64,000 bases of DNA from assembly GCA_046563655.1 (NCBI GenBank), contig CM102289.1, positions 4,836,001 through 4,900,000 on the forward strand. Direction: 5' to 3'. Positions 33,314 through 46,315 of this stretch are shown one piece after another. Position 1 is the stretch's first letter, and every line of letters begins with the position of its first letter. The notes beneath the pieces were generated by a model. The model saw only the letters and a program-made list of their open reading frames with translations, was not told where the DNA came from and did no database searches. The DNA comes from Yuukianura sp. NJ FZ-2021 (lineage: Eukaryota). Position numbers and translations under genes: made by a program.

Positions 33314-34964
33314 GTTCTCAACCTTTCTGAAATTTGGTACAAAGAGGTTCCTCATTTTAGTTTGATTTTTGTTTGTTCTGACGCCTGTAGAAAACTACTC
33401 TATCGGTATCCAAACCAAGTACTGTTTTTTTGTCAGAAGTACTCGAAAGCTTCTGTTCTACTAAAATTAATTAGAGTAACTGTACTTGATCTGTCGACAG
33501 GTAGATGAAGAGTGAGTATTAATACAGTTTGTTCCAGTGTCAATATCATTTGTCTGCTCTTCAACAGCTAATCGAGTGGTGTTGGAATTCTAATCTACCT
33601 AAGCATTTACGAAGTGTGATAAGGACGATTAATTTGACACGTTTTAAGCCTAACTGGACATTCCCGATTCTCCGCTGATTTCATCATCACAAAATTCCCA
33701 AATTCACAAACTGCGATTCAGTCATTTGAAATCCGAAAATAGGCATTGTTCAATTGAGGTGATATGGAACCTTGACCCGTTGGTCTCATGAGGGGATGAC
33801 TCTATTTCCAGATTCGATCACTTTGTAAAATCCCAGTTTTCATTTAGTAGCTTAAAAACTTCAACTCAAACCTTTAAACTCTAAATTGGAAACTTTCCAA
33901 TTTTCTCCGAAAGTCAATAATATCAATATCACATGAGGTTTAAATCCCCAATTGTTGCTACGTCAAGTACTAACGCTGCGGAAGGACAATCCGGTACGCC
34001 AGCCATTGATCATTTGACTTCCTCTCACTATCACCTTCACCAAAATCCATAAACAATTTACGTCAAAAATTAATTCAAACTCAATCCACTTATTAGATGT
34101 TAACACATCTTTGGTTGTTAAACTTAAACCTGACAACCTGAGTATACATAAAAAATGTAAACGTTCAAACCATAAAGTGAATAAAATTTGTCAAACCTGG
34201 TTTTAATTAGTTTCCTTGGTCAGAGGTCACCTCCGTGTTGGTCCGTCGGCGTATGGTGACAAAACCAGCCTGTCAACGTCGTTGACTGTCGCTGGAAATG
34301 TCACCTCTATCGAATTGAATGAATTCAGAGCATCTGGTAGTTAACTCAATGGAAAATAGAAGTTTATGGAAATCGGAGTGAAGGAATATCCCCAAAAACA
34401 GCTGGGTGTTTTTTATTACCCGGATGGTGGTAAACAACTTTAGGTTTCGAATACGTTGCGCAACCAAAGTTTTAGCGTTGTGCCAAAACCATCATTAGCA
34501 CGTCCTTTAACTTTGAGTTAATTGGTAATTAAACTACTTTTCTATTTTTCTATAGACTACTCCTTCGCTTTCTAATTGTCTATTGTCTCATTTTTAAAAC
34601 CGTAAGGGCACTCCCTACTTATGCTTATCGGATGACGGGTTCCGTTAGGTACATAACGCCACTTTTAATTTTGGCGTGCCTACAAGCCATGTCTATGCCA
34701 AAACTGTTCCCAAAAGCGAGGACAGGAGAGGGTTGTTTCAAGATAAGTGCGAATTTCGCATTTTTTTAAAAAAGCAGTTCGTATGAAAACCCTTCAGATC
34801 CACTCATCGTCGTTTCTTATGAAGTTCTCTTTTTTTTTTTAGCTTTTGTGCTTTTTTTTAGAGATGAATTTTCTGGCTCCAAGAAAAGATCCATTTGCAC
34901 AGAGTAGGATCTTATGGTGTGAGCTTGGACTTGTATGAAATCCGAACCTGTTCCAGTAACCAGC

Positions 34965-35036
34965 TCCCATGTGGTCTAGTGGTTAGGATATTCGCCTCTC
35001 ACGTGAATGGCCGGGGTTCGATTCCCCGCATGGGAA
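34965..35036 (+). tRNA. tRNA-Glu (CTC)
   Basis: TCCCATG/CATGGGA acceptor stem, A-box TGGTCTAGTGG, anticodon loop CT-CTC-AC, T-loop GGTTCGATTCC; oligo-T Pol III terminator at 35041. Confidence 0.93.
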
Positions 35037-35356
35037 TAACTTTTTGTCAATTTTTAATGCAATGCTTAGTCAATGTTTTTGAGATTCCTTTTGAAGAGAT
35101 TAGGCTCCGGAAAATCAACGGGTTCGATTCCCTCGCATGGGAATACAGCTTTTTATCATTTTCTAAAGTAATGGTTGGTAAATTTTTGTTTTTGATATTC
35201 TTTTTGAAGAGTAGAACACGTTTATTAGGGCGCAGACAATTTGGAAGTAGGATCCGATTTTGAGCGGGAGTGAGTTTAGTTTAATAATACAGAGGCAAAA
35301 ATTTTAAACTTGTTCTTCACTCTTCCATTGACGCGCCTCTATTAAAACACTATTTA

Positions 35357-36209
35357 TTACCGGAATAATTAATAAGTTTTAAGTGACCCAAAATTCAATT
35401 AATAGTGATCCCATTCGCAAGTGTCACTGTTGCTTTCTTCAACCAACTGTGCCCACTGTAGTAATAACTTGGCATGTCAAAAAATATTCCAGTCATGGCA
35501 ATAATATTTGGGTTGGAAATTTTATTCGTAACAGCGAGGTTGGAAGTGTACATGACGAACTCAACAAGCTTCTCAAATAAAGAATTTGGATCTTTTTGAG
35601 CCAACGACGTTTTCTTTCTCAAACCGAGGTCATGGCGCTTTATAAATTTTTGTAGCCAACCACTGCTGGCCTGAAATTCGCTTGTTTGAAGCACTGCAGA
35701 GTAGACTTCCCTAGCTTTCACACGAATAGATTTGAAGGAGACACTGCTGGTTGGTGCGCTGATTTAAAATCCAATCGTAAACCATTTTGTCTGCTTTTTT
35801 AGAAAGTCGTTTTCTCGAGTCGAAAGCTAAAATTAGTTAAATTTTTACCGATTTTATCCTTTTGCTTCAGCCAACTGAAGACTTGTTTTCGGTGTACTCC
35901 GAAGTGAGCTGCGGTACCATCCGTGGTATTAGTAGAAGCGTACTGAACCACTTTTAACTTTAAAACTGAGATCAAACGATCGTCTTTTAGTTACACCATT
36001 TTTAAAACTTGTATTTAAGTGCTACATTTTGATTTGAGTCAAATTAGCAACATAGAAGTTAAACAGATGATGTCACTTTGCTCTAGGCTCTGCTTTAAAC
36101 TCAAGTTAGCTACCGCGCTTATATCGCAATTTGCCCCCGCTGAAACCGCGCTTGCATTAGAGAATGCGCTTATATTAGAATACGCGCTTGCATTAGAGCA
36201 TTTACGGTA
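35357..36209 (-). mobile_element. Degenerate pogo/Tigger-family DNA transposon (transposase pseudogene)
   Basis: Fragments KRRSFDLSFK..VVQYA...AAHFGVHRKQVFSWLKQ (HTH), FQASSGWLQKFIKRHDLGLRKKT (CENP-B HTH) and IIAM-TGIFFDMP (eroded first DDE block). Frameshifted. End TTTACGGTA with subterminal GCGCTT repeats. Confidence 0.8.
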
Positions 36210-36828
36210 ATGATAATACAGACGCAAAAATTTTAAACTTGTTCTTCACTCTTCCGTTGACAGCCTCCACTATCCACCGGCACATTGTTAAGGGCTGTTC
36301 ATACCGGACCACTAAGATGGATTTTCCATCCACTGGACGACAATCCAGTCGTTCACACCAGATTTTATCTTATTTTTTCAGCTGTACGGCACATTTTGCA
36401 CAAAAGTTGCACATCGTGCACGATTTCCAACGACAAGCATGTAAAATGTTTGGAAAACTTTTTTTTTTTGCTGGAGTGGCTGAAAACGTTTTTTTTAAAT
36501 TTTTCAATATGGATGTTTTATTAGGGTAATTTGAATCACAATCGACATATATATGGCTAAAAATTTATATTGCACTTTTTCAAAAGTTTAAGCAATTGTA
36601 AAAAACGACGCTCTGGATTGGAGTTGAAATAATATGAGCTCATGGTCCGATTTGGTTCCTCCGGCTTTTGACACATTCGACTGTCCTCAATTTCGATGAA
36701 TATAAAACTCCTGATTAGTCGATGTAAAATTTAGTCTCTTTTACCATCACAACTTTTCCTGACAGACCACAAAAAAATTGAAATTAAAGTTTTACTGCCA
36801 CAGATAATTTACAGTTACAGTTTTAGCA

Positions 36829-38096
36829 ATGAAAGCCATTTGTTACTTTTTGGTTTTTGCCTTATTGGCAGGAATAAATGCTGAAGACGTGAGGACAACC
36901 AAAATAAAAATTAAAAAGAAAGTTGTCTATTCAAAGCGTTTTTGAAATTTTGATTAATTTTTGTAGAAATGTAAAACTGCTGAGCAATGTGAGGGAATTT
37001 TGAAAATGGAGGACATTGAAAATGAGTCCATCAAAGCCTCCTGCAACGCCGACACGGCAAACGGCACTTGTCTCATTGGATACTTCAAAGTAATCACTTT
37101 TTGCATTTTTTTTATAAAAGGATTTAAATTTGTGAATTAAAAGTTAATTTTGTAAATTTGGAAGGCAATTACAGTTAACTACTTTGCGGATCCAGTTGAT
37201 CCGCCCGGAACGAATTGCACAAAAATCGTTACTTACAATCGTGAATACTCATATAGATGTCTGATTAGCACCAATGAAATCGTACGCCAGTACCCCAAGT
37301 TCTTCGTTCGAGATCTAGGCACTCAATTTTATGAATTTTTGGAAAACATTCAAAGTTTGAATTTTGCCGTATTTACGTTTCGTCTTTTGATCAACAGACA
37401 TGTACCTCTGCAAACAAATTTATGGCAAGAAAAAGTTGACGTTTTTGACCTGTGCTGGAACGGTCACGGAAACTGAACTCGCTAAAAAAGAAGCAGGAGG
37501 AGAAACTGTGGTGCGAATTTTAAAACCAGCAAAAATATTTTTAAAAACTTTCCTAGAGAAAAGTTCTTTTGGGTTCATTTTTGTTTTTGTTTTTTTTTGA
37601 AAAAGATGCCGACTACGGCAAAGTCAGGATGTGTGACAGTGAAAGAGTGTGACAAAATCTTGACACACGATGACCTCATAAAACCCGGCATTTTCAAAGC
37701 CTGTATTAACATTTACAAAAATTGCACGACGGTTTGTGATAGAGCTTGTAGCTTCTCCTATGCAAAGGTTCAAATGTTTCCAAAATTCTTGTTTTAAAAA
37801 TGTGTGTTTTTTTAATTTGTTTTAAAGATGTGTTTTTTAAAATACTTTTAAAACGTAAGACGAGTATGTACAACGAGACTATGCGTATTCCGAATCCCCG
37901 CATTTGCAGTCCACCCAATGGAAAAAAGGAGCAGAAGATTGTGCGACACGCATGCGTCGAGCGATTCAAGCAAGTTGCAAACGTGCTGCTGACGAAGCAA
38001 GACACTTCGGTTTTTGATCCTCCTGGCTTCATTTGCAATTCTGAAGGGAAGAGACACATTGCTTGCGTCAACCAATTCAGCGATCGTCCATCGTGA
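36829..38096 (+). CDS. Orphan secreted Cys-rich protein with two related modules
   Basis: Signal-like MKAILLLFGFCLIGRINAE. Exons with C-x4-C modules (KCKTAEQCEGILKMEDI / GCVTVKECDKILTHDDL). Candidate GT-AG junctions are in frame. Confidence 0.6.
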
Positions 38097-38755
38097 CTTC
38101 GAAAATGACTTCCTGCAACATCAATTTCAACCAAACATTTCAATGGCATTTAAAAATTAAAAACGTAAATACTTTTCCCACTGTAAACTTTCAAGCAGCA
38201 AAAAAAGACTTTGGCTCTTCAACTGTTTTATTGGAAAATTGGAAGCATTATGAAATTGCAAAAGCGTAGGAAAATTGAATTTCGGGCTAATGTAAAAGTG
38301 TAGAAATAGACTTATGGCGGCACGAGCCTCCAGATTGCGGAAGCTGTAGTGGAAGGTTAGGCTGTTTCTCCTGCGGTCGTAAAGTTTTACTTTGATACCC
38401 TCGATTCCCGGATGGGCCAATTGTTTAACGGTTTTCTTCTGCAGTTTTTGTACATTTTACAAAAAGGCATCATGGGTAATTACCGGAATGCAAAATTGCA
38501 CCATAATTTTGCATCGATATTTTTTCGTCCACTTTGACCTCAAATGTTGAAAGTGAAATTGAAAATTAAACAATGGAAATTTTTGGCTGATTGAACAAAC
38601 GAGCTTTCACTTTTGACGTTCAATACAAACGGTTTAGAAACTTTTTAGACCTTTAAACGCGAGGAAGATGACTCCGTGTCAAACGAAAGGAAATTTCAAA
38701 GTTTTTCGAAATTTATTTTTCATTTTCTCTGTCTTTTTTTCAACTTTACCCTTCA

Positions 38756-40725
38756 GCTTTACGTCCAATGTCACTAATAACTTGGACAACGTTTCTTGGG
38801 TCAAATTCTGTCGAGGTCAGCATAAGAAAGTGATTCACACGCAGAAATGCACGAAAGGAATCGAGTTTCATCGCGATTTGAATCTGAGTTGCGTTTGCGC
38901 AAAAGGAGCGTAAGTTTAAATGTCACACAAAACAATTTTCGGTAGCATATTTTCAGTTGATTTTTGTGCACTTTAGTTGGGTTCTGTTTTCTGACGAAGG
39001 CTGTCATCCGGGTAATTCGTTTGAAATTGTCTTTGGAGTTGGAAACTGTTTCAAAATACAGAGGAAGGTTTGTTTAACTTGAGGTCACTCTTGATTAAGG
39101 TTAACTTAAGTCAAATATTTAGATTACGCGATTCGTCAGTCTTGCATCACTGGACACTGGATCATCTTTTCTGATTGGAAATGACATCAAATCCAAACAT
39201 ATTTCAGAAACAACACAAACGTCAAAAGTTTTGGAACTTTTAAATTCCAATTCCAAAATAGAACCATCTGACTTTTTCCAATCGCTCGTTTGCGAAAAGC
39301 AGATTGCTAGGCTGCGTGAACAAAACAAAGCGCCATCTTTGCTGATTTTCAAATTTGGAAATGCAACAGTCATCTCGAGCAGCTTCAATTCTCTCGTTTG
39401 TAATCCGAAATTTCGGGAAGCCGATGTGCTAAAACTCCGTCCAGGAAACCTGTACTTCAACAACAGTAAGCGAAAAAAATAGGAAATATCAGTTTTCTAC
39501 TCTTTTTATAAAAATTTCGTCAATTCATAGAAACTTCTCTAACCTCTAGAGCACACTGCATCTCCTGTTCGAAAGTGCAACCTTCAGTGTAAAAGTCATG
39601 CGCCTCACGACAAAAGCGAAAAGCACGCCATTGCAAAGCGAGCGATTGAGAAAGGCCTTGCGCATGCACCTCCTACCCAGCCACAAGATTCAACCAACGA
39701 GGGCCTTGTGCAAGCCAAACAGAACGACGCCACTGCTGCTCTCCTGCGTCAAAACAACGCCTTTCTACTCTTTGGTACGCAGGCCCATTTGAACGTATCG
39801 AAGCATTGGATTCTGCTCCAGAAGGCAAACAAGATCCTCAAACAAGCATGTCCGATGGACAGATCCATTCAGGACTCGATGGTACGCATGTTCAGATACT
39901 TGTTTGCACGGTTCGGAGATGGACGCCATGAGCCCAGAGAGTACTTGGAGTCAGAGTCCAGATTGACCAAAATTATAGAGTTGCTAGAGAGATGTTCAGC
40001 GGAAGCGAAAAAAATTGAATTCAAAGTCGGGCCGCCAGAAGCTTGTGAAAAAGACAAGAAAGTTGTGGAGGCCACAATCATTAATCGGACAATTACGGTA
40101 TCAAACTTGAGTGCAAATGAGTTCGGTTTGGGTCCAGACGAAGCGTATTCAAAAAATCAACATGACGTGCACATTGAAGCCATTTGGAAAATGATCAGTT
40201 TCACTCACTACTTTTGCTCGGAATATTTTTTCGCAAATCTATTCGAACACAGTGCGATGACACAAATGCTCCTTGGATTTTTAGGAGAGGACGTTTTATA
40301 CAGATGGTGAAGTCAATCATAAATTAACTTTTTTTATGTCGAAGTTTTTTTAAACACGGTTCAAAATTTGCATTTGGTGATTTTAGGCACAACCCGGAAG
40401 TTGCAAACAAAGGCTTCTATTCTATTTTCAATGCCAAGAATTCACTGGAAAAATACATGGAAGGAATTGACATTTGTGTGGGCATTGCTAAAAAAATAGC
40501 AATTTACCCCGTGTGGATCAAAAGACCGGGGACACCGAAGTCTGAAAAAGGGAAACAGAGAAGGTAATAAAAACTCGTAATTATTTTTACGATAAAAAAT
40601 TTAAAACAAACTTTGAATTTTATTTTTTAATTTTTAGGAAAAGAGCAGCAGAACAAATCAGGTTAAACAAATGTTTGAACAGTTTGGGCGAAACGGGACT
40701 CGAACTTTGTCCAACTTCTGTTTGA
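38756..40725 (+). CDS. Hypothetical multi-exon protein (5' end uncertain)
   Basis: Spliceable ORFs 39231-39482 and 39708-40310 plus exons 40386-40563 and 40638-40725. No family recognised. Confidence 0.5.
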
Positions 40726-41066
40726 AATAACCGTAGATGTCCAAATAGTACGCATGGTATACTAATTCTTTTTGGGGGTCAAAGGGTGGTGTGCTATTTG
40801 GAAATTTATGGTACTCAAACATGTTTTTCATATTTTCATCAATATTTGAAGAATAGACCAAATGATTAAAACAAAAATATTCATAAAAACTATGATTACT
40901 AAGCTTTCACGATAAGCGAAAAAATTGGATTCCTTTTTTGAAGATTTATTACCTCTACGAAACTAAACTTTTTTTTTTAAAGCAAGGCTTTAAAATTAAA
41001 GTTTATAGTATTTGAACAATTTTTGACGAATTTGTTTTGCGTTAGGTTAAGCTAGGTCGGTAAAGC

Positions 41067-41872
41067 TTAACCACCAAACAATCTACTAATAGGACCACTA
41101 ATAGGACCACTACCGAGACCACCAACGACACCACCAACTAGGTGTTGTCTGACGCCCGTTCTTACTGATGCAAGGCCTTCTAATAATCCAGAATTTTCGG
41201 TTTTATACTGCTTTGAAGGGTATTTGTACCTTGCCCCAAATGGTACCACATTTATTTGACCCCACATTCCGCCGTGACAGTTGATTTGACTTGGTCCAGT
41301 TGTATCACAGTGATAAGTCACAGTCTCCTGTTTTAAAATTTTAAAAACTCATGTTAGGATTTCAAGCAAAAAATTATGATTGGTTAGACTATTTTTTACG
41401 TACAACTTTGTTAAAAGTCTGTCTATAGACATATCCAGATTCTTGATACCCTGAAGTGAATAATCCCAAATTTTTCTTTGATTTGTCATCAAGCCATCTA
41501 CATTTGTCCTCGTAACTGATTGATCTCGTCACGGTGTGAGGGACTTTCATAGCGTGATTAATGATGTGTCCAACCTCCGCATATGCCCCTGAAAAATCAA
41601 AGGTCAGCTATTCAAAATTTGTTTTGACCTGATTGGGCTGTTAAAAATTACATTTCCAGACGACGGTGTCTCCCACATTGATTTCTTGAAATTGAGGATC
41701 ATAGGTCAATCCAGGTCCAACGATTACAGTAACCTCGTTACCGTATCCCAACGCTGTCAAAAATTTTAGGCAAAAATTGCAAAACGAATTTAAACTTTTG
41801 TTGTCCTGTAAACTTACATGGACTTGGTGCCAGAAACACGAAAAGAGCAACCACAATGCAAGGAGTTTTCAT
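41067..41872 (-). CDS. Secreted single-domain cupredoxin-like protein, copy 1
   Basis: 4 exons: MKTPCIVVALFVFLAPSP|SLGYGNEVTVIVGPGLTYDPQFQEINVGDTVVWK|WAY..PHTVTRSISYEDKC..FTSGY..|ETVTYHCDTTGPSQINCHGGMWGQINV; TATA at about 41952. Confidence 0.78.
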
Positions 41873-43720
41873 GGTTTTGCGAAACTGTGAAATAAGTTAA
41901 TTAATATTTCAGCGGTCGCAGTTGTCTAACGCAACACTTTCAGGGTCGTGGTATATATAACAAATTCATATCGGGCTCCTTGGCGGAACACTCCATTTTA
42001 TGATTGCTTTAATTGGATAATTGCATAATCGCATTCACCGCTGGAAAAGAGGTGGTTCTATGCATCTAACAGAAATGCATGTCGAGCAGTAACCACTTTG
42101 GATGTGGTTACTGCTGTCAAACCTTCGCGGTTTCTATTCACTGATTTCTTAATTAGAGGAATTGAAGAAAAAATGAAGAAAAAAGAAAAAATGGATTTCC
42201 TTACTTCTTCAGTGCTTCAAGTTTGGAGTTGAGATCGAATTTCCGAACTCGAACCTGACCATTTTCCTTTGTTCGAAGTTCGAACGTGAGTCAAAAGAGT
42301 TCGAACTTACAGGTCAATATTAACAAAATATCCAACAATGTATGAATTTCAACCAAAATCCAAGGATATTGCCATACATAGGAAACTGTATTTCAAATAT
42401 GGATTGCGAAATTGATCGCCTCAAGATTTTTTTCAGTGCCCATTGTGTTTGCATTTTACAAAAGGTTCTAAAGTTGGAACTTTACTCTTCGGAAGTTCAA
42501 ACATTTCATTTTGGGTCCCAAGTCCCGACCTGAAGCACTAGTTCTAATGAGTGCCTTGTTTGTGAAAGGAAGCGTTTTTTTTATGGTGAAAACTAAAGGT
42601 TTTCGCTAGGTTATGTTAGGTGGCTGTGGAAAAAAAAAAGGTTTTCCTTAATCATTTGCTGGAATTGTTAGAAAAAGCGGACTTAAACTCTGCTCTCGCA
42701 GTCCATAAAAAAAGAGGTTGCGCTGTTGCGCATTAAGATGAGTGCCCAAGGAAATACGTTAGGAAATCAAGAGGCCTCTAAACATGGCAAGGAACGTTTG
42801 AAAGCAGTGATATTCCAAATTTGCAGTGGTTACACACTATAACCAATAAAACTGATTGCACGCAGTGGTTTGGCAACGTAACATAGTATATGCTTTAGTT
42901 TATCTAAATTCTTTTCCAAATTGATCAAAGTTACATAAATTATTGCTCGAAATATATTAGCGGAGATTTTAGGCACAAGATGGAAGTTGCAAACAAAGGT
43001 TTCTAGGCAATTTTTAATGTCATAATGAATTGCACTGGCAAAAGAAAGTATTGACATATGCGTGGTCCTTGCTAAAAAAAAATGCTTAAAAATAAATTTC
43101 CCCCGTGTGGTTTGGATCAAAAGATCGGAAAACCGAAGTCCGAAAAAGAAAACAGAGAAGGTAACAAAACCTCGCAATTATACTTGCTCAAAAAACAACT
43201 TTTAGTTTTAGTTTTTTAGGTTTTTGATTTTTAGGAAACTAGCATCAGAACAACTCAAATGGGTGAAGAGGGACTCGAATGTCGTTTGAAATACCCTAGA
43301 TTTCCGAATACTACAAATGCTGTACTAATTTTCTGACTGGAGGGGGTCAGGGGGTGTTCTATTTGGAAATTTACGGTATTAAAAGCTACAAATTATTAAT
43401 TTTTTCAAAATTTGAAGGAATGTACCAAATGATTAATACAACAATATAAAGAAAAAATTCAATTAGGCTACACACGATAAAAAAAATGAAATCCTTTTGA
43501 AAGATTTACACATAAAGATTTATTAAATCAATGAAACTAAACTTATTTTTTTAAAGTAAGATGTTTTATAATTAAAATTCATAGTTTGAACAATTTTCGA
43601 CCAATTTTTTTACGTTAGCTAGGCTATTTCTGAAAAGCTTAACCAACCCAACCAGAACCACAATATTTCTCCCTAAAGCGTCATCTTACTGATAGAGTAT
43701 ACCTTCTATCAATCCAGAAC

Positions 43721-44437
43721 TTACGTTTTAGACGTAACATACTCCTTTGAAGGGTATTGGTACTTTGCCCCAGACGCCACCACATTTATTTGACCCCACA
43801 TTCCCTTTTTACAGTTCAGTTCAGTTCGTCCAGTTGTATCGCAGTGATAAGTCACCGTCTCCTGTTTTTCAATTTTAAAAAGTCATGATAGGTTTTCAAG
43901 CAAAAAATTATGATTGGTTAGACTAATTTTTACGTACAACTTTGTCAAAAGTATGTTTAAAGACATGTCCAGATTTTTGACGCCCTGAAGTGAATAATCC
44001 CAATGCCTCCTTTGTTGGGCCATCATGCCATTTACATTTGTCCTCGTAACTAATTGATTTCGTCACGGTGTGAAGGGCTTTTATACGGCGCGTACGGTCA
44101 CCGATCCAAGCCTTTATATATGCCCCTGGAAAATGAAAGGTCAGCTAAGGTGAACTAATAAAAGTCAGCTATATCTAAATTTGTTTTGACATGATAATGG
44201 TGTTAGAAATTACATTTCCAGACAACAGTATCTCCCACATTGATTTCTTGAAATTGGGGATCATAGGCCAATCCAGGCCCAACGATTACAGTAACCTCCT
44301 CACCGTATCCCAACGCTGTCAAAAATTTTAGGAGAAGAATTGAAATAAAATGAATTCAAAATTTTTGTTCGTATAAACTTACATGGACATGATGCCAGAA
44401 AAACGAAAAAAGCAACCAGGGCGAAAGGAGATTTCAT
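43721..44437 (-). CDS. Secreted cupredoxin-like protein, copy 2 (C-terminal tail truncated)
   Basis: Same 4-exon structure; LHTVTKSISYEDKC and YHCDTTGRTELNCKKGMWGQINV. Premature TAA at 43721-43723; the paralogous stop lies at 43639. Confidence 0.72.
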
Positions 44438-44554
44438 GGTTTTTTTTTGAAGATCTGAAATAATTTTTTTTTAATATGTGAGAGGTCTAACCTTGTCTAA
44501 CATCACACTTTCAGGTTCGCGGTATATATAACAAATCCATATCGAGTTCCTGGG

Positions 44555-45016
44555 CGGTTCCAGGTGATACGGGCTAAACCAAAAAAGGCTACTCAAAAGG
44601 CGCTACTCCATAATTGACTACTTTTAATAACGACTACTGTAATTAAAGTAAATTTACTGCTATCTTCCCCGTTTTAAACCTCGTCATTTTAGAAAATTGT
44701 ATATCGCATGAAAAATCAAGACACCTTTGTAATTTGCCTCAGATCATCAAAGATGCCATATATCTTTGGTATTGAAAGCACTAACCACAATTGGCAATTA
44801 AATAACCTAACGCCGCGCCCTCGGTGCGGAGTGTAAACAAGGAGTTTACTTTAATTAAATTAGCCGTTATTGAAAGTAGCTCTTACTGAAAGTGTTCCCT
44901 GTTGAAAGTAGCCATGATTGGAAAAGCCTTTATTTATTTTGCTGTCTTTGAGTAGCCCATATTGGAGTAGCCCTTTTTGAATAGCCCTTTTTGATTTAGC
45001 TCTTATGACCTGCTAC
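44555..45016. mobile_element. MITE inserted just upstream of the TATA box of cupredoxin copy 2
   Basis: Long imperfect TIRs CAGGTGATACGGGCTAAACC... / ...GATTTAGCTCTTATGACCTG; absent from the paralogous promoters of copies 1 and 3; degenerate flank duplication GTTCCTGGG/GTTCGTAGG. Confidence 0.75.
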
Positions 45017-46315
45017 GTTCGTAGGCGGAACATTCAGTTTTAAGATTGCTTTAATTAGCTAATTGCATAATCGAGGTGAATCTACACCTAATTGAAATAT
45101 TGGACACCTAATTCTCAAACGGCGTAACCACATTAGACCAAGTTACCTTCTCGGTTTCTATTAACTTGATTACATTAATTAGGTAATTAATTTAAACGCA
45201 AATTAAGTTACATTAGTACCGTATTTCCTTGCCTCTAATAAGCGCGTGGACTGTGGTTTTCCGAAAGAGTTTTTTCTCGTGAAAACTGAGGATCTCAGTT
45301 ACTGTATAAAGTGAATGTTTTAAAATATAGAATTAAAGTCTACTCTTGCAGGCCTTGAGAAGATTTGAAACTGCATACGCAAGTGCCAATAAAAAGCAGG
45401 GAAGTGCGTTAACTGAAAGTTACCACTCGTAAAGCAACATTACCATTTGTCTCATTTGCTAGGAATGGGCTAAATCTCAACAATTTTGTACTTTGAGGTT
45501 AACGAAAAGCAAAACCTTATTACTTTTTGTGAGGCACGTGTCAAGCAACGATATATTCCAAAGGTGGTTACACACTATGGAACCAATTTGAAACTGATTA
45601 CACATGATTTCGAAAAGTAACTTAAGCCTTGCTTTATCTTAATTGTTTTCGAAAATTACCAAAGTTAGAGAATTGCTCGAAAAAAATTTAGCGGAAGAAA
45701 CTGAATTCATATTGGGGCCGCCAAAAGCATGCGAAAAATAGATGAAAATGTTAGACGCCAGAGTCATTAATCGCACATTTACGGTAAAACAGAAAAAGTT
45801 GAGTGCTAATAAATTGGGGTTTTCAATCGTATTCTGAAATATAATTAGTGTGTATTTGAAAAAAAAATTAAACGAGCGAACCTAATAAAATTTAAATTTT
45901 AGCAGCGACACCGGTGCGGTCAAGCAAACGTTTTAACTTTTTAGGTGAAACTGTGCTTTCACTTTAAAGTACTGATGTTTGAAGTATCCGCTATTTAGCC
46001 ACACGTTTTACATTTTTAGCCCACATTTAGGCATATTTTAGGCAGCACAGAATGATTTTTTTTATTTTCAGAAGTTAAAAACTTTTCCAAAACTTAATTA
46101 GGCTGGATTGAGGGCGGGTAGTTGTCAGGTAGGAATTAAATTAAATGAAAAAGCGCTTGCGGTTTTTAGTAAATTAAATTAAAGGAACACAAAAAATATT
46201 TTAGTTGGAAAGTCTTGGCTGTATGAATATTCCAACACTACTTCCTGGAGCACAAATGATGCCGACATATTCCCAAATTTGAATTTCTCACTGCATTCTG
46301 TAGCATTTTGTTCAA

